A stretch of 32,000 nt of DNA, from NCBI GenBank assembly GCA_001790095.1, contig MGBH01000001.1, positions 780,001-812,000 of the forward strand, in the 5' to 3' direction. The notes beneath the pieces are model-generated. The model was given only the letters and a program-made list of their open reading frames with translations. It made no database searches and was not told the DNA's origin. This document shows, one piece after another, positions 22,805-30,237 of this stretch (position 1 is the first letter of the stretch; each line of letters opens with the position of its first letter). The stretch is from Candidatus Saccharimonadota bacterium (GTDB lineage Bacteria > Patescibacteriota > Microgenomatia > UBA1406 > GWC2-37-13). The translations under genes and the position numbers were made by a program.

Positions 22805-23545
22805 ATGAATTGTCCCAACTGTTCTCAACAGATGAGCGTCGTAAACTTCGACAATGAAATAGTTTTGCACTGTACTACCTGCGGTTCAAGTTTTTTTGAC
22901 AAAGACGGTATAAGACACATCTCCTCTGCCTCAGCTCGAAAGATTGCAGAAGACGCACAGGGTCATTACATACTGGGTAATAAAAAGCAGTGCCCAAAGG
23001 ATCATGCTGAACTTGCTCAAAAGATAAATGACCCACAAATCCCAAAAAACACCATCCTTCTTGAGTGTCCGAAATGTTTTGGAATATTTGCTTATCCTGA
23101 TGATTTGCTGAAGTATAAAGGCATCCGTGAACTGACTCCCTTATCTCCTCTTTCCATGAAGCTTCTTCCTGCACCAAAAACTATATTTATGCTGTCTCTT
23201 TTTGCTGTATTTTCTTTTGCTGCCCTTTTAAACTTTGGTGCAATCTCAAGAAATTTTTCATCAGGCTCTAAAGCCGATGAACAGATCAAGAAAGTTGTCT
23301 CAGTATCAGATGACAAAAAACATTACCTCTTTTTTGACTTTATTACTGAAGCTTCTCTTACCTCAAAGGTTCGTTTTATCGATAAGTCAATCAACAAAGA
23401 GATTTTAAAACTGGTTTCTACAGAGCCTAAAAAGATACATCATCTTGTGACGGCAGAACTTGATCTTACTCATGAGATCTATTATCAGATACTTTTGGGA
23501 GATAATGAAAAACCGACTGAGGAGAAGAGACTCGAGATAAAATGA
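22805..23545 (+). CDS. Tandem zinc-ribbon (zf-TFIIB-like) protein with a central TM helix
   Basis: First ribbon CPNCSQQM...CTTCGSSFFDKDGI. Second ribbon CPKDHAEL...CPKCFGIFAYPDDL. TM segment IFMLSLFAVFSFAALLNFGAI. The track start at 22667 overlaps the previous ORF, so the ATG at 22805 is preferred. Confidence 0.55.
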   Translation: MNCPNCSQQMSVVNFDNEIVLHCTTCGSSFFDKDGIRHISSASARKIAEDAQGHYILGNKKQCPKDHAELAQKINDPQIPKNTILLECPKCFGIFAYPDDLLKYKGIRELTPLSPLSMKLLPAPKTIFMLSLFAVFSFAALLNFGAISRNFSSGSKADEQIKKVVSVSDDKKHYLFFDFITEASLTSKVRFIDKSINKEILKLVSTEPKKIHHLVTAELDLTHEIYYQILLGDNEKPTEEKRLEIK

Positions 23546-23560
23546 TCAATTCTCAAACCC

Positions 23561-23624
23561 CAATTTTCAATCAATATCCAATTGATCATTGAATAAATGA
23601 AAATTCATTGAAAACTGAAAATTG
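23561..23624. repeat. Inverted repeats between convergent genes
   Basis: caattttca (23561-23569) pairs with tgaaaattg (23616-23624), a perfect 9-bp inverted repeat. An inner palindrome aatgaaaattcatt is also present. All stems are AT-rich. Confidence 0.5.
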
Positions 23625-23628
23625 ATAA

Positions 23629-24519
23629 TTAAAAATAAGAAGATTTTTTCTTTAGTTTATCCAATACGTTCACCATCCTCATCTCCATCCCTTTATATTC
23701 CATAGCTGCGGTGGTCGGATCTACTATGTTTACATTAAGTCCTGTTCCAAGCTCAAACCCTGCCCTATGAACAAAACGGGGTATGATGCGAAGATACCAG
23801 TTTGAATGCGGATAAATGTAATAGTTATAACCAAACGACATATTAGCAAATCTGTTTTTTTCATAGATTGTTTCCAGTTGCCTCACTGTTTTTTTGAGAA
23901 GAGTTGATAGATCTACGATCTGTTTATCTGTCAGATCACCAAAATGAGCTCCTTCTTTTTTTGGCGCAATCCAAATCTCATACGGCCATTGGGAAAAATC
24001 AGGGCAGTACGTGTAAAAAAAAGTGTTGTCTTCCACGATGTTATTTAGTGGTTCACGGGTCAAGGTATCGAGATTGATCTGTGAAGGTATTACAACAAGT
24101 TGAGAGTGGGGATGGTGGATTGAGGCTCCAGATCCTTCTCCATGATTACAAAATATAAGAACCTGTCCTTTTTTTCGATAATAATTAAATCGTTCTCTAT
24201 ACGCTTTCAGAATCGATTCCACATGAGATGCAGAAAGATGCTCTATGTCTTTATCTTCGTGAGGAGAATGGATGATAACTTCGTGATAATCAGTGATCGG
24301 ATACTTATTGGGAATCACTCGCACCACCCAACCCTTTTGGTCCTTTTCACCCTTTCCTATACGAAATACTTCGCCGGGTGAAACATGTTCATTTCCTGGA
24401 CAAAAAGGACACAAACTCTGTTTTTTTGATTTTGCACTTATGTGGTCTGGTCGGCTAAGACGAGATGGGGCAACAATCACCCACCTGCGAGATAAAATAT
24501 CGGGAACGTATTTGGACAT
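23629..24519 (-). CDS. galT: Galactose-1-phosphate uridylyltransferase
   Basis: Zinc motif CPFCPGNE and active-site motif HHPHSQ (HPH). The ATG at 24519 (MSKYVPDI) is preferred over the track start at 24561. Confidence 0.85.
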   Translation of the reverse strand: MSKYVPDILSRRWVIVAPSRLSRPDHISAKSKKQSLCPFCPGNEHVSPGEVFRIGKGEKDQKGWVVRVIPNKYPITDYHEVIIHSPHEDKDIEHLSASHVESILKAYRERFNYYRKKGQVLIFCNHGEGSGASIHHPHSQLVVIPSQINLDTLTREPLNNIVEDNTFFYTYCPDFSQWPYEIWIAPKKEGAHFGDLTDKQIVDLSTLLKKTVRQLETIYEKNRFANMSFGYNYYIYPHSNWYLRIIPRFVHRAGFELGTGLNVNIVDPTTAAMEYKGMEMRMVNVLDKLKKKSSYF

Positions 24520-24525
24520 AAATTT

Positions 24526-24554
24526 AGTATAAAGTAGAAAGTAGCAAGTAGCAA
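24526..24554 (-). promoter_or_regulatory. Promoter-like element for galT, built from heptamer repeats
   Basis: On the minus strand: TTGCTA (24554-24549), N17, TATACT (24531-24526), N6, ATG at 24519. Confidence 0.35.
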
Positions 24555-24620
24555 GTATCAAAACGTTTTTATATCACAAATCACTTTATACTTTATACTT
24601 TCTACTCTATACTTAACTAC
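24527..24620. repeat. Dyad-symmetric pair of 5-unit heptamer arrays in the galT/pth divergent spacer
   Basis: Left array 24527-24561: GTATAAA GTAGAAA GTAGCAA GTAGCAA GTATCAA. Right array 24585-24620: TTTATAC TTTATAC TTTCTAC TCTATAC TTAACTAC, the reverse complement of the same word family. The right array ends at the pth ATG. Confidence 0.8.
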
Positions 24621-25115
24621 ATGAAACTCATCATCGGCCTTGGCAATCCCGAGGAAAAATACAAAAATAACCGCCACAATGTGGGCCATATGTTTGTAGA
24701 TTATCTTGAAAATACAATGAAGGGGAAAAGTTTTAATGAAGCAATCTCATTGGCAAAAACTACAACGTACATGAATGAGTCCGGTAAATCGGTACAAAGT
24801 TTTATGCAAAAATATAGAGTTAAACTCAAAGATTTGATCGTCGTCCATGACGACCTAGACATACCCTTAGGTAAATTCAGGATTGTAAAAGGTTATGGCC
24901 CCAAACTCCATAATGGGATTGAGTCTATCGAAGATCATCTCCATACTAAAGATTTTTTAAGAGTGAGAATAGGAGTGGACAACCGCGCTCCGGACAATAG
25001 AATACCGGGTATTGATTATGTATTACAGGATTTTACTAAGGAAGAATGTGATCAACTTTCTGGGCTTTTTTCTTTAATAGTTAATCTTTTGGTTGCAGAA
25101 AAACACCTTGCGTGA
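24621..25115 (+). CDS. pth: Peptidyl-tRNA hydrolase
   Basis: N-terminus MKLIIGLGNPEEKYKNNRHNVGHMFVDYL, then YMNESGKSV and VVHDDLDIPLGKFRI. Confidence 0.9.
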   Translation: MKLIIGLGNPEEKYKNNRHNVGHMFVDYLENTMKGKSFNEAISLAKTTTYMNESGKSVQSFMQKYRVKLKDLIVVHDDLDIPLGKFRIVKGYGPKLHNGIESIEDHLHTKDFLRVRIGVDNRAPDNRIPGIDYVLQDFTKEECDQLSGLFSLIVNLLVAEKHLA

Positions 25116-25144
25116 AGTAATTTTTCTATGATATACTTCTTGTA

Positions 25145-25717
25145 ATGAAAATTTATTTTTCAGCACCCATCAAAAGTGTTCATACTGTTGAATCATACAT
25201 TAAGGAAATATGCGAAACAATCTCTAAACTTGGTCATACTCATCTAGATAACTACCTAAAACGACTAGAAGATAATGCGACATTTTACACAAAATTAGAT
25301 AAAGGAGGAAAAGAAGCTCATGAGATGTATTTTTCCGAGACCATTGACAATCTTAAATCCTCGGATATTAATATTTTTGAATGCTCGATACCAAGTCTTG
25401 GAATAGGTTTTCAAGTCGAAAAATCATTAGCATATAATAAGCCAACTATTGTCTTATATTATAAGAGTCATGTCCCTCATTTTTTTACAGGTTCACAGAC
25501 TGACAAACTTTTTATATGCGAATACCATGAAGATAATGTCGCTTCCGTACTAACAGATGCTATTGAGGAAGCGAAACACGCAAGTGATAAACGTTTTAAT
25601 TTTTTTATTAGTCCTTCTCTCTTAACATATCTAGAAGAAGTATCAAATAAGGCTGGAATGACTAAATCAGCCTTTATCCGCAAACTTATTCTTGAACATA
25701 AAAAGAAGCAAAAATAA
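25145..25717 (+). CDS. Nucleoside 2-deoxyribosyltransferase-like domain fused to a C-terminal ribbon-helix-helix (CopG-like) domain
   Basis: NDT-like N-domain: MKIYFSAPI...SDINIFECSIPSLGIGFQVEKSLAYNKPTIVLY. RHH-like C-terminus: KRFNFFISPSLLTYLEEVSNKAGMTKSAFIRKLILEH. Confidence 0.5.
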   Translation: MKIYFSAPIKSVHTVESYIKEICETISKLGHTHLDNYLKRLEDNATFYTKLDKGGKEAHEMYFSETIDNLKSSDINIFECSIPSLGIGFQVEKSLAYNKPTIVLYYKSHVPHFFTGSQTDKLFICEYHEDNVASVLTDAIEEAKHASDKRFNFFISPSLLTYLEEVSNKAGMTKSAFIRKLILEHKKKQK

Positions 25718-25735
25718 TCTCTCTTTTTTGTTTTG

Positions 25736-26659
25736 TTAAGACTTTATTTCTTTTACAAAAGAATGCCAAGCCGTATGTTTTTTTACTTCTGTTTGAGCTA
25801 TTTTTCCAATCGCTTTGAGTCTCTTTTTTTGAAGTACTGACTTGTTGAGATCCTGTATATCAAGTATATTAATGCCTGATTTCATCCAAGAAGGTGAATA
25901 TGCGTCTAAGTTCGTCAAAGCGGGGCAACCCCTCTCCATAACTGCATACAAAGTCGTATTATTTGCCCGTGCTCCTTTGGAAAAAAAATTGACAAATAAG
26001 TCTGATTTATGAACAAAATGACCTATGGCCTGATCTGACAAAAAACCAAAAAACTGCACTTTGTCGCCATATACTCCCTCAAGTTCTTCCGCTATCTCAT
26101 CATATTTTCCAAAATTGGCTTTTTCATGAAAACCTGTAGAAAAACGAATAATATAATTTATTCCCAGATTCCTTAGTTTCTTAGCGAATAATTGATGATA
26201 TCCTGTCTGAATTTTAAACGCCATACCAAAAGAAAAAATGTTCAAAACATTTTCTTTTTCAAGAAGTCCATTATGGATTAATGGCGGACTCCACATATTA
26301 TAAATTGAAGCATGGAATGGTTTTAATACGTGGTATATCTCTGCGTTTGCACAATAAATCTTCTTAGCCCTTTTAACAAGAGCTTGTTCTATCGGCAATT
26401 CATCAAAAGAATGAAAAAACACACTAAATGTTATTTGCTTCTCCTCTGCAAGTTCAAAAAACCTCCACACCTGCGTTTCAAGTTCCATGTCAGGAATATT
26501 GAAGGAAACGGAAAGAATAACATGGATACCTTTATGTAAACTGTCTGTATCAAAAAAACTCACATAAGGAATATCCAGATGTTTTGCCAATAAGGCTCCA
26601 AATTTTGCTACTCCTGAAAGATGGGGTTTTGTATTTGTTGAGATGATATGAGAAAACAT
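25736..26659 (-). CDS. Hypothetical protein (possibly glycosyltransferase-like; no motif recognised)
   Basis: A 307-aa ORF with no competing frame. I could name no diagnostic motif. Confidence 0.45.
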   Translation of the reverse strand: MFSHIISTNTKPHLSGVAKFGALLAKHLDIPYVSFFDTDSLHKGIHVILSVSFNIPDMELETQVWRFFELAEEKQITFSVFFHSFDELPIEQALVKRAKKIYCANAEIYHVLKPFHASIYNMWSPPLIHNGLLEKENVLNIFSFGMAFKIQTGYHQLFAKKLRNLGINYIIRFSTGFHEKANFGKYDEIAEELEGVYGDKVQFFGFLSDQAIGHFVHKSDLFVNFFSKGARANNTTLYAVMERGCPALTNLDAYSPSWMKSGINILDIQDLNKSVLQKKRLKAIGKIAQTEVKKHTAWHSFVKEIKS

Positions 26660-26775
26660 ATTAGATTAATCGTCACAAATTTGACAAATGAAGTTTAATT
26701 ATATCATATTATAGGCTATTTACAATAGCCTGTTTTCTTATTCATTGTATCATTCTATTTTGCCAAGAGTGTTCC

Positions 26776-27527
26776 CATCTAACCTACGAGGTTAAAAGTG
26801 GGCCGTTTTAATAATCCAATGATTAATCGATTAATAGTTTTTTTATTTGTTTTAGGTTTTTTTGATAATCTAAGTTATTGTTAACGAACTTTTGATACGT
26901 TTTACCACTTCTTATTGATATTTCCTTAAGCTCACTAAGAATTTCTTCATTAGAGATAATATTCTTAATATGATGAAAATTGCCAATCTTCAGGCTGGGA
27001 AACTAGTCCTCTTGTCGTTGGATTAAGATGAATATAGCGGGACGTATGAAGGAGTTGCTCGTTTGATTTGATCAATACGTAGCGGTATCGAGACTGCCAT
27101 AATGGACCTTTACGATGATATTTTAAATTAAAATAGCGCGTGTAGCTATTTTCAATATCGCTTATATATTTTGATATCGAATATTCGTCTTGTACTTTAA
27201 AAAGTAAGTGATAATGGTCTGGCATAATACAATAACTAAGAATTTTAATTAGAGTGTCTTTTTTTGGAATAATAATATTTGAATACTTATATTTTTTTTG
27301 CTTAAGCGCGATAGAAAAACTCGTCCAAACATGGTGTTTATTGTAATAATCTACCGTTTCTAAAAAACGCTGACTATTTCCATTGGATACAAAAATTGAA
27401 AAATCCGCAATACTCTTGTTGCATATATGATATATTTTTCCGATAACATATTTTTTCTTCATAACATCGATTTTTACTGTTATAACAATCTACATTTGAC
27501 CTGCGAGGTTAAATTTGGGCTGTTTTG
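26776..27527. mobile_element. IS200-like element: Y1 transposase bracketed by same-strand hairpin repeats
   Basis: The 35-nt repeats at 26776-26810 and 27493-27527 match at 28 of 35 positions by my count. Both lie on the + strand and each holds a short stem-loop (TAACCT-acg-AGGTTA; ACCT-gcg-AGGT). The span of about 750 bp fits IS200. Confidence 0.55.
26965..27462 (-). CDS. IS200/IS605-family Y1 (HUH) transposase, RAYT-like
   Basis: IYHICNKS, HUH motif YCIMPDHYHLLF, catalytic-Tyr region SRYIHLNPTTRGLV and PEDWQFSSY. The ORF ends right after SSY, and a +1 frame stays open for 47 more codons. Confidence 0.8.
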   Translation of the reverse strand: MKKKYVIGKIYHICNKSIADFSIFVSNGNSQRFLETVDYYNKHHVWTSFSIALKQKKYKYSNIIIPKKDTLIKILSYCIMPDHYHLLFKVQDEYSISKYISDIENSYTRYFNLKYHRKGPLWQSRYRYVLIKSNEQLLHTSRYIHLNPTTRGLVSQPEDWQFSSY

Positions 27528-27620
27528 ATTATTCATACTCCTTATTTTCTTCACGTTTTATGTATTTGTCAATGGATTATATGCTACAAAAATTCAATAT
27601 AGCCCGATATGGTACTCCCC

Positions 27621-27648
27621 TTCTAACCTACGCGGTTAGATGGTTACT
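27621..27648 (+). repeat. Solo third copy of the IS-end hairpin motif
   Basis: ttCTAACCtacgcGGTTAGatgg shares tctaacctacg and ggtta with the 26776 repeat and forms a 6-bp stem. Confidence 0.45.
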
Positions 27649-27688
27649 TTTTTTGCTTTTGTGCAAAGGAATTCATATAATAGTTTTT

Positions 27689-28816
27689 ATGCCTCATACT
27701 TTTCACCATCTTCTATTAACCACAGATAAACTTGTACTAATAAAAGAAAGTTTTGAACAAGAACTTATAGCTGCCTTATATGGAAAAGTGACTAGTATCT
27801 CCTTCCTACATAATCCCCTTCCCCCTTCCGCAACTATTAAAAACGGAGAAATCTTTCAAGTCATGGTCGTCGGCGGCTCGATATTTAAGTATGCCCTCAT
27901 TAAAAAGGAAAATGATCAAATATCGATCATAAAAGAAACCAAAGATAGCCTTCCTGTTTTTGATACTGACAGGATTTTTTTGGAATTTATCGATTCCCAT
28001 CTTGATCCGTCTATCTCCTATCTGTCGCTTAACTTTGCTTATCCCATCCAATCAATAACTCGTGATAACCTAACAGATGCGGTTCTATCACGAGAAGGTA
28101 AAGAACAAGCTTTTGAGGGGCTCGTGGGGAAAATGGTAGGAAAAACTATAGAAGAGTACGTTTTTACAAAATATAAAAGAATGATCCGTGTAGCAGTCGC
28201 TAACGATACAGTCTGTCTTTTTCTGTCTGAAGTAACCAAGAACACCTGGGGTACAACAGTTGCATGCATTATTGGCACAGGCATCAACCATGCCTTTGCC
28301 ATAAATAAGGAAATAATCAATCTTGAAAGCGCAGGCTTCAAGCAATTTTCTCCAACTGATTCAGGAAAAGTGGTAGATCTTGAGTCCAAAAATAAAGGAC
28401 GGGCTCTTATTGAGAAAGAGATAGCCGGAGCATATCTTTACCGGCACTTTAATATCATTAATCAACAAAACAACTTAGGCTTCCCTCCTCTTTCCTCAAC
28501 AAAAGAACTGTCTCTGCTTGCAGCGAAAAACGGTAGTGCATCTTCTCTTGCTCAAGTCCTTCTTGAACGGTCGGCTTCACTTGCTGCAACACAGATGGCT
28601 GGAATTGTGGAGTTTTTGTCAAATCGGTTAGATTCGACACATTTGGCTAATTTTCTGTTTGTCATGGAAGGAACTCTTTTTTGGGAAGGATATAACTATC
28701 GGAGCTATTTGGAAAAGTATCTAAAGATGTTCGGAGTGGATGATAAATTAGATTTTAGCAAGACACGTCATCACAGCATTCAGGGAGCAATTAAACTCCT
28801 GATAGGTCTTTCATAA
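27689..28816 (+). CDS. Hexokinase-family sugar kinase
   Basis: LNFAYPIQ, VAVANDTV, IIGTGINHAF, INLESAGF and EKEIAGAYLYRHF parallel the hexokinase motifs LGFTFSFP, NDTVGT, GTGxN, NxEWGxF and EKMxSGxYLGE. The ATG at 27689 is preferred because the track's N-terminal extension covers the IS-end and solo hairpins. Confidence 0.6.
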   Translation: MPHTFHHLLLTTDKLVLIKESFEQELIAALYGKVTSISFLHNPLPPSATIKNGEIFQVMVVGGSIFKYALIKKENDQISIIKETKDSLPVFDTDRIFLEFIDSHLDPSISYLSLNFAYPIQSITRDNLTDAVLSREGKEQAFEGLVGKMVGKTIEEYVFTKYKRMIRVAVANDTVCLFLSEVTKNTWGTTVACIIGTGINHAFAINKEIINLESAGFKQFSPTDSGKVVDLESKNKGRALIEKEIAGAYLYRHFNIINQQNNLGFPPLSSTKELSLLAAKNGSASSLAQVLLERSASLAATQMAGIVEFLSNRLDSTHLANFLFVMEGTLFWEGYNYRSYLEKYLKMFGVDDKLDFSKTRHHSIQGAIKLLIGLS

Positions 28817-30212
28817 ACCATAAATACGTTGCAACCGTCCAACCAAACCCTTGCATGACCCCGTAAAATCCTTCCTCTATCTTTACTGAACTGTCAAAGA
28901 CGTGCTTTTCTGCAATCCCACCTGTTCTTTCAAACTCTTTTTCAATATGGACGACCCATTTTCTCTCGTATTCCTTTGCTTCTTTAACAAATCCATAGTT
29001 TTTTAAGCCTTCAACCGCAATCATCATAAGAGGCGGCCAGCAGTTGGGGTATTCCCATTGAAACTTCCACTGACCCTGCGGCTCAACCGGTACACTACCT
29101 CCCTCGCGAAGCTTCAGACTTGATGTGGCAAGACCGATATCGCCTGCATAAAAGGAAGCGATATTATCTTTTATCCTCAAAGCCTGCTCCTCTGTTGCTA
29201 GTTTGAAAAAAAGAGGAAATACCTCAGCGGACAAATCACCATAAAGAATATGTCCTTCTTTGTTTTGAATAAGTGAATAATCACGAAAACCCATCCATTT
29301 TCCACTCTCACACCAAAACGTTTTTTGAAAATCATCATACATGCGTTGTCTTAATAATCCATACAAGCTGGCTTTTTCCGTATTATTCCCCCAATCTGGG
29401 GATTTATAATATGTCTCAAGCGATGTAACCGTGCCATATAGAATTGCGTTCAGTTGGACAGGTAGGTGGTGATAGCTATATGTAGCAACAACCCAGTTGT
29501 GATCTTTCCCATCCTCACATCCCACCATAAAAGGGTTTGAATGTGGTTCATAACGGGTTAATAACCCATACTTTTTTACAAGCTCCTCTGATTGGCGGTG
29601 GTTTTGCTTTCCTGTTTGATAATCAAACCATTCACTCACTAGCTCTTCCTCAATCATCTGTACCGCGTGTTGTACTTCATTATCACAAGATAAACCCGCC
29701 TCGAGAAGATCCATAACCATCCTCATCTCAAATGGCGGTTGAGGCCGGGACAAAAAAGGGCTTACCAATGCATTAGGAATTCGTCTAAACTCCTCAAATA
29801 CGTCAGTCAAATTAAGAAGTTGTCCTTTTGCTAGTTCCAACCCGCCCGCAAGGATAAGTCCTCTATTTTGGAAAAACGTATCCCACCGATACTGCTCACC
29901 AAAAGCAAATGATAAGGCATCATTATCTCCTGTTGGAGTAACAAATGGACGTTTTGCAAGATTAATACCTTTAAATCCCGATGTTTTGTGTGGAATTTCT
30001 ATCGTCGATCTTTCCCAAAAATCAACAATATATTCAAATATTTTTTTCTTTTCATTCGTTACATTTTCTCTTAAAAAAATTTTTATCAATTTATCAACAC
30101 GTTCTTCCTTAGTACTACCTAAGAATCGATACAAATCCCCTCTTTTTTTAGGTGAACCAACAATAACGATTTTTTGAAGAAGCGATTGTCGTAGTTTTAA
30201 CAGAAGATCCAT
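28791..30212 (-). CDS. Alpha,alpha-trehalase (GH37)
   Basis: QWEYPNCWPP matches trehalase signature 2 (QWDxPNxWxP). GEQYRWDTFF resembles signature 1. Confidence 0.8.
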   Translation of the reverse strand: MDLLLKLRQSLLQKIVIVGSPKKRGDLYRFLGSTKEERVDKLIKIFLRENVTNEKKKIFEYIVDFWERSTIEIPHKTSGFKGINLAKRPFVTPTGDNDALSFAFGEQYRWDTFFQNRGLILAGGLELAKGQLLNLTDVFEEFRRIPNALVSPFLSRPQPPFEMRMVMDLLEAGLSCDNEVQHAVQMIEEELVSEWFDYQTGKQNHRQSEELVKKYGLLTRYEPHSNPFMVGCEDGKDHNWVVATYSYHHLPVQLNAILYGTVTSLETYYKSPDWGNNTEKASLYGLLRQRMYDDFQKTFWCESGKWMGFRDYSLIQNKEGHILYGDLSAEVFPLFFKLATEEQALRIKDNIASFYAGDIGLATSSLKLREGGSVPVEPQGQWKFQWEYPNCWPPLMMIAVEGLKNYGFVKEAKEYERKWVVHIEKEFERTGGIAEKHVFDSSVKIEEGFYGVMQGFGWTVATYLWFMKDLSGV

Positions 30213-30237
30213 ATATACTATACTGTACCATATTTCT

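Noticed and set aside
22588-22818. A 76-aa minus-strand ORF, and the 22667 start of the zinc-ribbon ORF
   Set aside because: Both overlap the Gly/Ala peptide gene in other frames. The zinc-ribbon domain begins exactly at the ATG at 22805.
26713-26731. A perfect 7-bp hairpin aggctat-ttaca-atagcct as a terminator of the transposase
   Set aside because: No T-tract follows on either strand. It overlaps a candidate -35 region for the 26659 gene, and the evidence is too weak to call.
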